64,000 nucleotides of DNA. It comes from Tagaea sp. GTDB lineage: Bacteria; Pseudomonadota; Alphaproteobacteria; CACIAM-22H2. Below, one piece after another: positions 1 to 9,586 of this stretch. Under the pieces are notes generated by a model. That model was not told the origin of the DNA, searched no databases, and worked only from the letters and a program-made list of their open reading frames with translations. The stretch spans positions 2,897,116 through 2,961,115 of the forward strand of contig OZ257249.1 in NCBI GenBank assembly GCA_965279565.1. Direction: 5' to 3'. The position numbers were made by a program, and so were the translations under genes. Numbering within the stretch: the stretch's first letter is position 1; each line of letters starts with the position of its first letter.

Positions 1-129
1 GAACGACGAGAATGGTGCCGAGCGACATGGTGTTGAATCCTTGGTTGGGAAGGTGGCCGCACCTGCCATTCGGGCGCGATTCGCGGTTGTATCGCGATGC
101 ATGCGGCAGCGGTCAGCCCCGGAAACTAC

Positions 130-690
130 TCAGGACCCGACAGCGGCGAGATGAACGATAGGTTCGGATGAGGAATCGCCAAGATGCGTGTCGAGGTGCG
201 CCGGACCAGTGTCTGCAAGAATCGCGCGCGCGCGGCCGATATCGGTTCCGACGCCATGCGCCATGACGACAAATCCGTCGGCCTTTACGGCAAACTCAAA
301 TTGGATCGCGCTGTCTCTCGGGATGCCGATGCCGGCGAGAGCGACACCGATTGCATTCATGCCGCCGTTATCGGTCAAACCTTCGACAGCCGACATTGCC
401 GTCGTCGCGAGATGCCCGAGCACGATGACCGGGCCGACGACGGGGACGGTGACAAACAGGCCACCTGAAAACAGGCTCCACATGCGTCCCCAGAAGACGC
501 CCCGTTCGCCCCAGAAGCGGACTTGTCCGCCCGTGTTGTAGAAGCCGACGACTTTCTCGTCCCGATCGTAGGCTTTACCGAGAACACTGAGAGATTCGAC
601 CATGAATCCGCCCGCCGTCAGGCGCCGAACGGCCATCTCGGCGGCTCCTTGATCGGCGAACACGGCGATGACCGAATCTGATTCTTGCAT
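130..690 (-). CDS. DUF1269/YflT-like general stress membrane protein
   Basis: ORF 130..774 trimmed to the internal ATG at 690 (MQESDSVIAVFADQGAAEMAVRRLTAGGF...). Gly-rich hydrophobic core typical of the DUF1269/GsiB-like family. The upstream 28 codons of the listed ORF are Arg-rich filler. Confidence 0.5.
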   Translation of the reverse strand: MQESDSVIAVFADQGAAEMAVRRLTAGGFMVESLSVLGKAYDRDEKVVGFYNTGGQVRFWGERGVFWGRMWSLFSGGLFVTVPVVGPVIVLGHLATTAMSAVEGLTDNGGMNAIGVALAGIGIPRDSAIQFEFAVKADGFVVMAHGVGTDIGRARAILADTGPAHLDTHLGDSSSEPIVHLAAVGS

Positions 691-852
691 GGCATTACCC
701 TCGAATCGTGCACGCAGACGGCGATTCCACATCGCAGTTCGCCGAACCCAAGCCACATCTAGCTGCCGAAGCACTGCCCGGGCCAGATTCGGAAACTACT
801 CATTTTCAATTCAGGTGGAGCCGACCCGGCGAATTACGACCTTGGAGCAGGC

Positions 853-3150
853 ATGCGTGATAGGGTCGCTTCCGAGTTCATTCCGCGCGATGCCCTTCGA
901 GGAGCAACAATCACAATGCGCGGAACCAAGTCGCCATCGACCGGGAAAGCACCGTCGCTGCAGCGCCGCCTGGCGAGCGACCTCCAGAACGTTCTTTACA
1001 GCACGGATGTCGCCACGATCTTTCTGGATACCCGGCTGAACATCCGCCTCTTTACGCCTGCGACAAAGTCGCTGTTTCGCGTAATTCCCGGCGATATCGG
1101 CCGCCCGCTTGCCGACCTGCAGTCGCTTGCTTCGGACGTGACGCTTCTGGCCGACGCGCACGACGTGCTGCGGGATCTGCTGCCGATCGAGCGAGAAATA
1201 CAATCCACAAGCGGCGTCTGGTTCATCCGCCGCATCCTGCCGTGTCGCGCGCAGGACGACGCGGTTGAGGGTGTCGTAATCACCTTCACCGACGTGACCG
1301 AGCGCAAGCATATTGCGCTCGCGCTGGAAGCGGCCAAGCATCAGGCCGAGCAGGCCAATGTCGCCAAGTCGCGGTTCCTTGCCGCGGCAAGCCACGACCT
1401 GCGCCAGCCGTTGCAGACGCTCGCATTGCTCCAGGGATTGCTCGCAAAGACCGTCGATGCGGCGAAGATCCAGAAGTTGGTCGTGCGGCTTGATGAGACG
1501 CTTGCCGCCATGTCGGCAATGCTCAATACGCTCCTCGACATCAACCAGATCGAGGCCGGTATCGTGAAGGCCAAGATAGTCCGGTTCCGGATCGACGATC
1601 TGCTCGACCGGGTCCGGGAGGAGTATGCCGACCAGGCGGAATCTGCGGGGTTGACGCTGAGAGTCGTCGGATGCGGGCTGTCGGTTGCCAGTGACCGGCA
1701 CCTGCTCGAGCAGATGCTTCGCAATCTCGTGTCGAACGCGCTCAAATATACCAAGCGCGGCAAGGTGCTGGTGGGCTGCCGGCGCCGGGCGGGAATGCTG
1801 AGCATCGAGGTCTGGGACACGGGCATCGGAATCCCGAAGATCGAGTTCGAGGCGATCTTCGAGGAGTATCACCAACTCGGAAATGTGGCGCGGGAACGAA
1901 GCCTTGGCCTCGGTCTCGGTCTGTCGATCGTCAAGCGCCTGAGCTCGCTTTTGAAGCATAGGGTTCGCATCGATTCAAAATTAGGTCAGGGTTCCGTCTT
2001 CGCCATCGACATCCCGGAGAAGGGCGATATGGCCCTGGGAGTGCCGGCATCGAGTGTGCGTGGGGCGGATGCCGAGGCATCGAAGAACTCGCGACACACC
2101 GGCACGATCCTTGTCGTCGAAGACGATCCCGAGGTGCGTGGACTGCTTGAACTCCTGCTTGCCGAAGAAGGGCATCGCGTCGTTACGGCATCGGATGGAG
2201 TTGTCGCGGTCGGCCTTGTCCAGAGCGGAAAGGTGCGCCCGGATATCGTCCTAGCGGACTATAATTTGCCGAACGGCCTCGATGGATTGCAGGCCGTCGC
2301 GAAGGTTCGCGAGAGCCTTCGCCGGCTCGTTCCGGTCGTCATCCTTACCGGGGACATTTCGACGGACGCGCTCCGCGAAATCGCGCGACACAACTGCGTT
2401 CTCCTCAACAAGCCGATCAAGACAAGGGAACTGGTCCAGGTCATTGAACGGCTGCTCATGGAGAATCCGCCTGGTGCCGATCTAGCGGAACTGGCGAGCG
2501 AGAGTGGTGGGGCATCGCAGCGCACGATCATTCATATCGTTGACGATGACGACGGCGTGCGTGGAGCGCTGCGAAGCGTCCTAGAGGCGGACGGGCACGC
2601 TGTCGAAGACTACGCAAGTGGCGAAGCCTTCCTTGCGGCATTCCACCCCGGGGGTGAAGGCTGCCTGCTGGTGGATGCCCATCTGCCCGGAATGAGCGGG
2701 CTTGAGCTTCTGCAGCATCTTCGCGCGGCCGGCGGCCGGTTGCCGGCGATCATGATTACGGGCGGCGGCGACGTTCCGATGGCGGTGGAGGCTATGAAGG
2801 CGGGTGCCGTCGACTTCGTCGAAAAGCCGATCAGTGCTGCCGATCTTTCCGCCAGCGTGGAACGGGCACTCGATCGGTCGAAGGATTCGAACAAGCTTGC
2901 CGCGTGGCAGGCGAGTGCCGGCGATCAGATCGCCGGCCTCAGCCGGCGCCAGCATCAGATCATGGACATGGTCCTCGCCGGCCATCCCAGCAAGAATATC
3001 GCAGTGGATCTTGGCATCAGCCAGCGCACGGTCGAGAACCATCGTGCGGCAATCATGAAGAAGACGGGGGCAGGATCGTTGCCCGCACTTGCACGGCTCG
3101 CCCTTGCCGCCTCGCAGGGCAAGGGTGAGGTACCGATGGGCCAAGGCTAG
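853..3150 (+). CDS. hybrid sensor histidine kinase: PAS - HisKA - HATPase_c - REC - REC - LuxR/FixJ-type HTH
   Basis: 765-aa ORF with GGAGCAGG SD before the ATG. PAS-like N-terminus (TDVATIFLD...VVITFTDVTERK), H-box SRFLAAASHDLRQPLQ, HATPase motifs (EVWDTGIGIP, GLGLGLSIV), receiver 1 (ILVVEDDPEV...VLADYNLPNGLDG), receiver 2 (IIHIVDDDDGVR...LLVDAHLPGMSG), and a C-terminal LuxR HTH (LSRRQHQIMDMVLAGHPSKNIAVDLGISQRTVENHR). Confidence 0.8.
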   Translation: MRDRVASEFIPRDALRGATITMRGTKSPSTGKAPSLQRRLASDLQNVLYSTDVATIFLDTRLNIRLFTPATKSLFRVIPGDIGRPLADLQSLASDVTLLADAHDVLRDLLPIEREIQSTSGVWFIRRILPCRAQDDAVEGVVITFTDVTERKHIALALEAAKHQAEQANVAKSRFLAAASHDLRQPLQTLALLQGLLAKTVDAAKIQKLVVRLDETLAAMSAMLNTLLDINQIEAGIVKAKIVRFRIDDLLDRVREEYADQAESAGLTLRVVGCGLSVASDRHLLEQMLRNLVSNALKYTKRGKVLVGCRRRAGMLSIEVWDTGIGIPKIEFEAIFEEYHQLGNVARERSLGLGLGLSIVKRLSSLLKHRVRIDSKLGQGSVFAIDIPEKGDMALGVPASSVRGADAEASKNSRHTGTILVVEDDPEVRGLLELLLAEEGHRVVTASDGVVAVGLVQSGKVRPDIVLADYNLPNGLDGLQAVAKVRESLRRLVPVVILTGDISTDALREIARHNCVLLNKPIKTRELVQVIERLLMENPPGADLAELASESGGASQRTIIHIVDDDDGVRGALRSVLEADGHAVEDYASGEAFLAAFHPGGEGCLLVDAHLPGMSGLELLQHLRAAGGRLPAIMITGGGDVPMAVEAMKAGAVDFVEKPISAADLSASVERALDRSKDSNKLAAWQASAGDQIAGLSRRQHQIMDMVLAGHPSKNIAVDLGISQRTVENHRAAIMKKTGAGSLPALARLALAASQGKGEVPMGQG

Positions 3151-3176
3151 CTGCGAATGATGGCCGCCCTAATTGC

Positions 3177-3337
3177 CCTTGGTTTCCGCTCAATTCCCTT
3201 CGTTGCCGGAAATTGTGGAAACTATCATTGAAATCATTGAATAAGCAGAAGTCTGGGGGACTGGGGGTCGCAGGTTCGAATCCTGTCGCTCCGACCATCA
3301 AAGAAGCCCGCTAAATCAATGATTTAGCGGGCTTCAC
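3177..3337 (+). repeat. repeat family copy A: conserved leader + tRNA 3'-half-like module (…GGGGGTCGCAGGTTCGAATCCTGTCGCTCCGACCA) + 13-bp-stem hairpin GCCCGCTAAATCAaTGATTTAGCGGGC
   Basis: Seen directly. Leader CCTTGGTTTCCGCTCAATTCCCTTCGTTGCCGGAAATTGTGGAAACTATCATTGAAATCATTGAATAAGCAGAAGTCTGGGGGA. T-arm is a 5-bp stem GCAGG/CCTGT with one G-U pair and loop TTCGAAT. Then a 7-nt acceptor strand CGCTCCG, discriminator A, CCA. Lies between the convergent HK and kdpE genes. Confidence 0.8.
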
Positions 3338-3350
3338 GGTTTCGGGATTG

Positions 3351-3520
3351 CCTCTGGTTTCCACGTAGTTTCCATCCGGTTTCCTTTGCTGCCGAAAAGG
3401 AGGGAAACTGACGTTGAAATATTTGAATAAGCAGCAGTCCAAAGGACGGGGATCTTAGGTTCGAATCCTGTCGCGCCGACCGTCAAAAAAGCCCACTGCC
3501 GGGCAACCGGCGCGGGCTTT
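3351..3520 (+). repeat. repeat family copy B, tandem to A and more diverged: leader + GGATCTTAGGTTCGAATCCTGTCGCGCCGACCG + hairpin GCCCACTGCCGGgcaaCCGGCGCGGGC-TTT
   Basis: Same architecture and strand as copy A with an internal insertion in the leader (TTTCCATCCGGTTTCC). Ends 5 nt before the kdpE stop. Confidence 0.7.
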
Positions 3521-3525
3521 GTCGT

Positions 3526-4221
3526 TCAGGTGCCCAATATGAATCTATAGCCCACACCGGGTTCGGTCAGAATGAAGCGTGGCGCGGCAGGGTCGTCTCC
3601 AAGCTTCTCGCGAAGCTGCCGTACATAGACCCGCAGGTACTGCGTATCGGCGACGTGCGCCGGCCCCCAAACGCGCTCGAGGACCATGCGGTGTGTCAGG
3701 ACCTTGCCGCCCGCCTGAGCAAGCAGCTTCAGCAGATCATACTCCTTGGGCGTAAGCTTGATCTCCGCGCCGGCTAGGCGGACGCGGCGCTGCACCAGAT
3801 CGATTTCGAGATCACCGCTGCGGATGATCGGCTCGGCGCCGGATTCTTGGAGTCGGTGCCGGAGGGCTGTGCGCAGGCGCGCGAGAAGTTCCGGCATGCC
3901 GAAGGGCTTGGTGACGTAGTCGTCTGCGCCCTCATCGAGTGCGGCAACCTTCTCGTCTTCACCGGCGCGCACCGACAGCACGATCACCGGTACGGCGGAG
4001 AACTCGCGGATGCGCGTCAACGCCGTGTGCCCGTCCTCGTCCGGCAGGCCGAGATCGAGGAGTACGGCGTCCGGCTTCTCGCGTGCGACGGCAGCAACGC
4101 CTTCGCGGGCGGTCGCGGCCTCGATCACGGTGTCGCCCTCGGCCTCCAGCGCCACGCGTAGCAGTTTGCGCAACTGCGGCTCGTCGTCGATGACCAGGAC
4201 GCGGCGCTTGGATGAGTTCAT
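3526..4221 (-). CDS. kdpE: KdpE, OmpR-family response regulator of the kdp operon
   Basis: MNSSKRRVLVIDDEPQLRKLL...winged-helix C-terminus (LTPKEYDLLKLLAQ...GYRF). The ATGA overlap with the kdpD stop indicates translational coupling. Confidence 0.9.
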   Translation of the reverse strand: MNSSKRRVLVIDDEPQLRKLLRVALEAEGDTVIEAATAREGVAAVAREKPDAVLLDLGLPDEDGHTALTRIREFSAVPVIVLSVRAGEDEKVAALDEGADDYVTKPFGMPELLARLRTALRHRLQESGAEPIIRSGDLEIDLVQRRVRLAGAEIKLTPKEYDLLKLLAQAGGKVLTHRMVLERVWGPAHVADTQYLRVYVRQLREKLGDDPAAPRFILTEPGVGYRFILGT

Positions 4222-6941
4222 CTCGGCTCCGGCCGGGCTTCGTCGGGCTGCGGATCGACCGGCAGGTCGACGATCGCGCGCGTACCGTAGCCGTCGAAGA
4301 TCGGGCTTTCCAGCCGGACCGTCCCGCCGTGCGCCTCGACGAGGCCACGGCAGATCGCAAGCCCCAATCCGGTTCCGGCGATCTGCCGGTCGCCCCAGCG
4401 CCCGTCCTCCCCGCCACGCACGCGATAGAACTTGTCGAAGACGCGCTCGAGATCGGCGGCAGGCACGCCTCGGCCGCGGTCCTCGATGGCGATTCGCAGC
4501 CGCGAGCCGGTTACGGAAGTCGCGACGGAGATTGACGTACCGTCCGGTGAGTATTTGGTCGCATTGTCGAGAAGATTGTAAAGAGCCTGACCGAGCAGTG
4601 TCGGATCGACACGCAGCAGCGGCAAGTTCGGGCTGGCGGATACCGTCACTTCGCGTGCGGGAAGTCGTTTGCGCAGTCGGGCCACGGCGGTACCGACAAG
4701 TTCGCGCACATCCGTCCAGTCGCGCCGAAGTGCAAGGGCACCACCTTCCAGACGCGTCATATCGAGCAGGTTGCCGACGAATCGCGCGAGGCGGTCGGAT
4801 TCCTCGTGGATCGCGTCGAGGAGCTGCCGCCGAGAATGTTCGTCGAGGCTGCTGCCGGTCCGCAGCGTGGAAATGGCCCCGGTGATCGTTGAAAGCGGTG
4901 TGCCGAGATCGTGGCTGATCGAGGAAAGCAGTGCGGCTCGCAGCTTCTCGGATTCGGCGAGCACCTTAGCTTCGCGCATTTCTGCGTCGAGTCGCATGCG
5001 GCCAATTGCGATTGCGGCCTGGTCGGCGAGCGCGTCGAGCAGCCGGCGCGCGTCGGGATCGAGCGACTTGTCCTTCGGCGGTCGGATCCCGAGTACTCCG
5101 ACCGGGCCGGCGGCCGTGCGCATCGGCACATAGAGCCGTTCTGCCGACGGCAGCGTGCCGGAGCCGAGGCCCGCCGCTTCGCCTTTGTCGCGGGCCCAAT
5201 GGGCGGCCGCCCAGTCGCCGGCGGGCAGGTCGTCCTCGGGTGGATAGCCGCCTCGCACGACAAGCCGTTCGTCCTGCGCGAGAAGTACGACGGTGCCTAC
5301 GCCCAGCATCGTCGCAACCTGGTGGGCGACAATCCAGATGAGATCGTCCAGTGCGGCGGCGGCAGCAAGTTTACGCGCAAAGTCGTAGAGGGCCGCGGTC
5401 GTCCGGAAGCGCCGACGTGCGTCTGTCGCCTGCTCGCGAACGCGGCTCGCCTGACTCGACAGCAGGACGGCGACGACGACGAAGATCGCCAGCGCCAGGA
5501 TGTCGCGCGGGTCACCGATCGTCAGCGTCAGGTAGGGCTCGACGAAGAAGAAGTCGAATACCAGTGTGGCCAGCAGCGAGGCATAGAGCGATGGCGACAG
5601 GCCGAAGCGCACTGCCGTGTAGATGATCGACGTGAGCAGCAGGATCGGCTCGACGTTCGGCGTGTCGAACTGCAGGCGAAGGAGCCAGCACAGCCCGGCC
5701 GCGGCGAAAACGGCACCGGTCGCCTCGATGAATGGTTGTGGCCCTCGGGCCGCGCGTGCAGCAAGCCGGACACGCAATGCGGCGGTGAGCCGTTCGCGCA
5801 CCGACGGGCCATCCGACGGCACGATATGCACCCCGATGGCATCGTTTGCGCGGATCAGCTCGTGCACGAGAGACCGTCCGAACCATTCGCGCCAGCGCGG
5901 TCGCCGGGTCTTGCCGATGATGATCTGGGTAATGTTCTGGCTGCGCGCGAGATCGAGGATTTCGACGACGACGTCGGACGTGGGGATCACGCGCGCCTCG
6001 CCGCCAAGCCGGTCTGCAAGCTTCAGCGCATCGGCAATGCGCGTCTTTGCGGCCTCGTCGAGGCTGGCGTGGTGCGGGGTCTCGAAATTCACCGCCATCC
6101 ACTTGGCACCGATCTGGTCCGCCAACCGCCGCGCTGCGCGAACGATAGGGGCGGGATCTGGATAAGCCGATATGCAGGCGAGGATGCGCTCGCCCGCCGG
6201 CCACGGCCCCGGAATCGCCTGGCGCAGCATCAGCCCGACCATCTGGTCGTCGACGCGCTCGGCGGTGCGGCGAAGTGCCAGTTCGCGTAAGGCGGTCAGG
6301 TTGCCGGGTCGGAAGAAATGCTCGGCTGCCCGTTCGGCATTGGTGCCCTTGTAGATCTTGCCTTCCTTGAGGCGCTTGATCAGGTCATCCGGCGTGAGAT
6401 CGACGAGTTCGATCGCGTCGGCGCGCTCGAGTACGGAATCCGGCAGCGTCTCCTGCACCCGCACGCCAGTGATTTTCGCGACGATGTCGTTGAGGCTTTC
6501 GAGGTGCTGGACATTCAGCGTCGTCCAGATATCGATGCCGGCGGCAAGCAATTCCTCGACGTCTTGATGGCGCTTGGGGTGACGCGATCCCGGCGCGTTC
6601 GTATGAGCGAGTTCGTCGACGAGCAGCAGGCCCGGCCGGCGGGAGAGGGCGGCGTCGATATCGAATTCTTCGATTTCGTGCCCGCGATGCGCGAGTCTGC
6701 GACGGGCCAGGACCTCGAATCCGTCGAGCTTGCCAGCGGTGGCGTCACGACCATGCGTTTCGATGATGCCGGCGACGACATCGATCCCCTCGGCTTTGCG
6801 CGCCTGTGCTGCTTCAAGCATCGCATAGGTCTTGCCCACGCCGGGGGCTGCACCCAGGAACACCTTCAGGCGGCCGGCCCCTTCGGACTTGGCGACCGCC
6901 AGCAGCGCATTCGGATCCGGGCGGTCGTCGGCGTTGGTCAT
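4218..6941 (-). CDS. kdpD: KdpD sensor histidine kinase (KdpD N-terminal domain, Usp, TM, GAF-like, HisKA/HATPase)
   Basis: 907 aa with a Walker-like N-terminal KdpD domain (FLGAAPGVGKTYAML), H-box ISHDLGTPLS and HATPase motifs (GTGLGLAICRGLVEAHGG). Confidence 0.9.
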   Translation of the reverse strand: MTNADDRPDPNALLAVAKSEGAGRLKVFLGAAPGVGKTYAMLEAAQARKAEGIDVVAGIIETHGRDATAGKLDGFEVLARRRLAHRGHEIEEFDIDAALSRRPGLLLVDELAHTNAPGSRHPKRHQDVEELLAAGIDIWTTLNVQHLESLNDIVAKITGVRVQETLPDSVLERADAIELVDLTPDDLIKRLKEGKIYKGTNAERAAEHFFRPGNLTALRELALRRTAERVDDQMVGLMLRQAIPGPWPAGERILACISAYPDPAPIVRAARRLADQIGAKWMAVNFETPHHASLDEAAKTRIADALKLADRLGGEARVIPTSDVVVEILDLARSQNITQIIIGKTRRPRWREWFGRSLVHELIRANDAIGVHIVPSDGPSVRERLTAALRVRLAARAARGPQPFIEATGAVFAAAGLCWLLRLQFDTPNVEPILLLTSIIYTAVRFGLSPSLYASLLATLVFDFFFVEPYLTLTIGDPRDILALAIFVVVAVLLSSQASRVREQATDARRRFRTTAALYDFARKLAAAAALDDLIWIVAHQVATMLGVGTVVLLAQDERLVVRGGYPPEDDLPAGDWAAAHWARDKGEAAGLGSGTLPSAERLYVPMRTAAGPVGVLGIRPPKDKSLDPDARRLLDALADQAAIAIGRMRLDAEMREAKVLAESEKLRAALLSSISHDLGTPLSTITGAISTLRTGSSLDEHSRRQLLDAIHEESDRLARFVGNLLDMTRLEGGALALRRDWTDVRELVGTAVARLRKRLPAREVTVSASPNLPLLRVDPTLLGQALYNLLDNATKYSPDGTSISVATSVTGSRLRIAIEDRGRGVPAADLERVFDKFYRVRGGEDGRWGDRQIAGTGLGLAICRGLVEAHGGTVRLESPIFDGYGTRAIVDLPVDPQPDEARPEPR

Positions 6942-6953
6942 ACGGACTTTCGG

Positions 6954-7514
6954 CTAGGGCCGCAGTGCATCGAGGGCGAGATTGAGGCCGAGAACATCGA
7001 CCCGTGGCTGGCCCAGTATGCCGAGTTCGCGGCCGTGCGTGAACTGCGCCAAAAGATTCCGGACCCGGTCCTCCGGGACCCCGCGTGCGGCGGCAACCCG
7101 CGCCACCTGGCGCTCGGCATTTGCGGGCGAGATATGCGGGTCGAGGCCGGATGCGGATGCCAGCACGGCATCCGCGGGGATCGGCTTCGGCCCCCCAAGC
7201 GTTTCGACGTCGCTCTTCACGCGCTCGACAAGCTTGGCCGACGTTGGCCCGAGATTGGCACCGCCAGAAGAGGTCGCGTCATATCCGGCGCTGCCGGCGG
7301 CGGAGGGCCGACCGTGGAAATATCGGTCGCTGGCGAAACTCTGGCCGATCAGCGCCGATCCGACGACACGGCCGTCGCGTTCGATCAGCGAGCCGTTGGC
7401 GGCATGGCTGAACGCGATCTGGCCGATTCCGGTGACTAGCAGCGGATAAAGCACGCCGCAAATCACCGAAAACACGATCAGCAGAACGAAGGCGGGGCGG
7501 ATATGGACGTACAT
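6954..7514 (-). CDS. kdpC: KdpC, K+-transporting ATPase subunit C
   Basis: Real protein starts at the internal ATG (MYVHIRPAFVLLIVFSVICGVLYPLLVTGIGQ...), 186 aa. The listed 357-aa ORF carries an Arg-rich spurious N-terminal extension that overlaps kdpB. Confidence 0.85.
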   Translation of the reverse strand: MYVHIRPAFVLLIVFSVICGVLYPLLVTGIGQIAFSHAANGSLIERDGRVVGSALIGQSFASDRYFHGRPSAAGSAGYDATSSGGANLGPTSAKLVERVKSDVETLGGPKPIPADAVLASASGLDPHISPANAERQVARVAAARGVPEDRVRNLLAQFTHGRELGILGQPRVDVLGLNLALDALRP

Positions 7515-7522
7515 GGCTAACC

Positions 7523-9562
7523 TCACGCGAGCCCGAGGGCGGAAACGAGAATGTCGACGGCCTTGATGCCAACGAACGGAACGAGGATGCCGCCCAGCCC
7601 GTAGACGAGCAGGTGACGGCGCAGAAGTTCGCCGGCCGGCATCGGGCGATAGGCGATGCCCTTCAGCGCCAGCGGGATCAGCGCCACGATGATCAGGGCA
7701 TTGAAGATCACTGCCGACAGGATGGCGCTTTGCGGCGTGGCCAACCCCATGACATTGAGTGCGCCGAGCTGCGGGTAGGCGGCGACAAACAGGGCCGGGA
7801 TGATCGCGAAGTATTTCGCGACGTCGTTGGCGATCGAGAACGTCGTCAGCGCGCCGCGCGTCATGAGGAGCTGCTTGCCGATGCCGACGACCTCGATCAG
7901 CTTGGTCGGGTTCGAATCGAGATCGACCATGTTGCCGGCCTCGCGCGCAGCCTGCGTGCCGGTCTGCATGGCAAGCCCGACATCGGCCTGGGCAAGGGCA
8001 GGCGCGTCGTTCGTACCGTCGCCGCACATCGCCACCAGCCGGCCCTTGGCTTGTTCGGCGCGGATGAAGGCGAGCTTGTCTTCGGGCGTCGCCTCTGCGA
8101 TGAAATCGTCTACGCCAGCCTCGGCGGCGATGGCCGCGGCTGTCAGCTTGTTGTCGCCAGTGACCATCACCGTGCGCACGCCCATCCGGCGAAGCTCGGC
8201 AAAGCGCTCGCGGATCCCGGCTTTGACGATGTCCTTCAGGTAGATGATGCCGAGGAGACGGGTACCTGTGGTACCGGTCTCTGCGACAGCCAGCGGCGTG
8301 CCGCCGCTGCGCGCGATGCGTTCGACTTGTTCAGCCACCGCCGTCGGCAGCGGGACGCCCGCGAACCGCACGATTGAATCGACGGCCCCCTTGCGGATAC
8401 GTCGCCCCGGCAGGTCGACACCGGAAATCCTGGTCTGCGCAGTGAAAGGGACGAACACGGCCGCAGGGTCGCCGGCGGGGGCCGCTCCAAGCCGTTCCTG
8501 GGCGAGACGGACGATCGAGCGTCCTTCGGGCGTCTCGTCGGCGAGCGAAGCGAGGAGGGCCGCCTCGGCGAGTTCCCGCTCCGATACGCCCAGTGCGGGC
8601 GCGAAAGCCGTCGCCATGCGATCGCCCAGCGTGATCGTCCCGGTCTTGTCGAGCAGCAGCACATCGACGTCGCCGGCCGCTTCGACCGCGCGGCCCGACG
8701 TCGCCAGCACGTTGAACTTCACCAGCCGGTCCATGCCAGCTATCCCAATCGCCGAGAGCAGACCGCCGATGGTGGTAGGGATCAACGTCACGAACAGCGC
8801 GACCAGAACCGTCAACGACAGGGCAACTCCGGCGTAGGCCGCGAATGCTGGCAGGGTCGCGACGACCACAACGAAGATCAACGACATCCCGGCGAGAAGA
8901 ATGTTCAGCGCGATCTCGTTGGGCGTCTTCTGCCGAGAGGCACCCTCGACGAGGGCAATCATCCGGTCGAGGAAGCTCGATCCCTGTGCTGCCGTGATCT
9001 TGATCCTGATCCAGTCCGACAGGACGACCGTGCCGCCGGTGACGGCCGACCGGTCGCCTCCCGACTCTCGGATGACCGGGGCGGATTCGCCGGTGATGGC
9101 GCTTTCATTGACCGACGCGATGCCTTCGACGACGGAGCCGTCGCCCGGGATCGTGTCGCCCGCCTCGACCATGACGACGTCGCCAACCTCTAGCTCGGTC
9201 GCGGACACCTTCTCGTATATGTCGCCGGGGCCGTAGACGATCCGCTTGGCCCAGGTCTCGGTCTTCACCTTGCGCAGCGCGTCGGCCTGCGCCTTGCCGC
9301 GCCCTTCGGCGACGGCTTCGGCGAAATTGGCGAACAGGACGGTGAACCAAAGCCATGCCGCGATCTGGCCAGAGAATCCCGCCGAGTGATCGCCGGCGAG
9401 ATCCCGGACGAAGGTGAGGGTTGCGACGCCAGCAACCACGGCGGTTACGAAGATGACCGGATTGCGGACGAGGCCGCGCGGATCGAGCTTGGCGAAGGCC
9501 GCACGGGCGGCCGGCAGCAGGATCGCGGGGTCGAAAAGCGAGATTTCCTTGGCGCGTGCCAT
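7523..9562 (-). CDS. kdpB: KdpB, P-type ATPase catalytic subunit
   Basis: 679 aa with phosphorylation motif DKTGTIT, plus TGDN and [10 protein letters not shown] motifs. Confidence 0.95.
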   Translation of the reverse strand: MARAKEISLFDPAILLPAARAAFAKLDPRGLVRNPVIFVTAVVAGVATLTFVRDLAGDHSAGFSGQIAAWLWFTVLFANFAEAVAEGRGKAQADALRKVKTETWAKRIVYGPGDIYEKVSATELEVGDVVMVEAGDTIPGDGSVVEGIASVNESAITGESAPVIRESGGDRSAVTGGTVVLSDWIRIKITAAQGSSFLDRMIALVEGASRQKTPNEIALNILLAGMSLIFVVVVATLPAFAAYAGVALSLTVLVALFVTLIPTTIGGLLSAIGIAGMDRLVKFNVLATSGRAVEAAGDVDVLLLDKTGTITLGDRMATAFAPALGVSERELAEAALLASLADETPEGRSIVRLAQERLGAAPAGDPAAVFVPFTAQTRISGVDLPGRRIRKGAVDSIVRFAGVPLPTAVAEQVERIARSGGTPLAVAETGTTGTRLLGIIYLKDIVKAGIRERFAELRRMGVRTVMVTGDNKLTAAAIAAEAGVDDFIAEATPEDKLAFIRAEQAKGRLVAMCGDGTNDAPALAQADVGLAMQTGTQAAREAGNMVDLDSNPTKLIEVVGIGKQLLMTRGALTTFSIANDVAKYFAIIPALFVAAYPQLGALNVMGLATPQSAILSAVIFNALIIVALIPLALKGIAYRPMPAGELLRRHLLVYGLGGILVPFVGIKAVDILVSALGLA

Positions 9563-9586
9563 GGTCGTTGTTCCTTTTCTGCGCGA

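Noticed and set aside
3211-3250. Tiny ORF inside the repeat leader (A: GTG GAA ACT ATC ATT GAA ATC ATT GAA TAA = METIIEIIE; C: ATG...METVVEIIE).
   Set aside because: No SD. Copy D loses the stop, and copies B and F encode unrelated peptides. The A/C differences are transitions that are equally expected under neutral drift. Judged coincidental.
3177-3300. Repeat copies as full tRNA genes or as tmRNA.
   Set aside because: Only the T-arm, acceptor 3' strand and CCA are present. No D-arm or anticodon stem-loop, and no complementary 5' acceptor strand (CGGAGCG) upstream. Six copies, with the alphaproteobacterial two-piece tmRNA layout absent.
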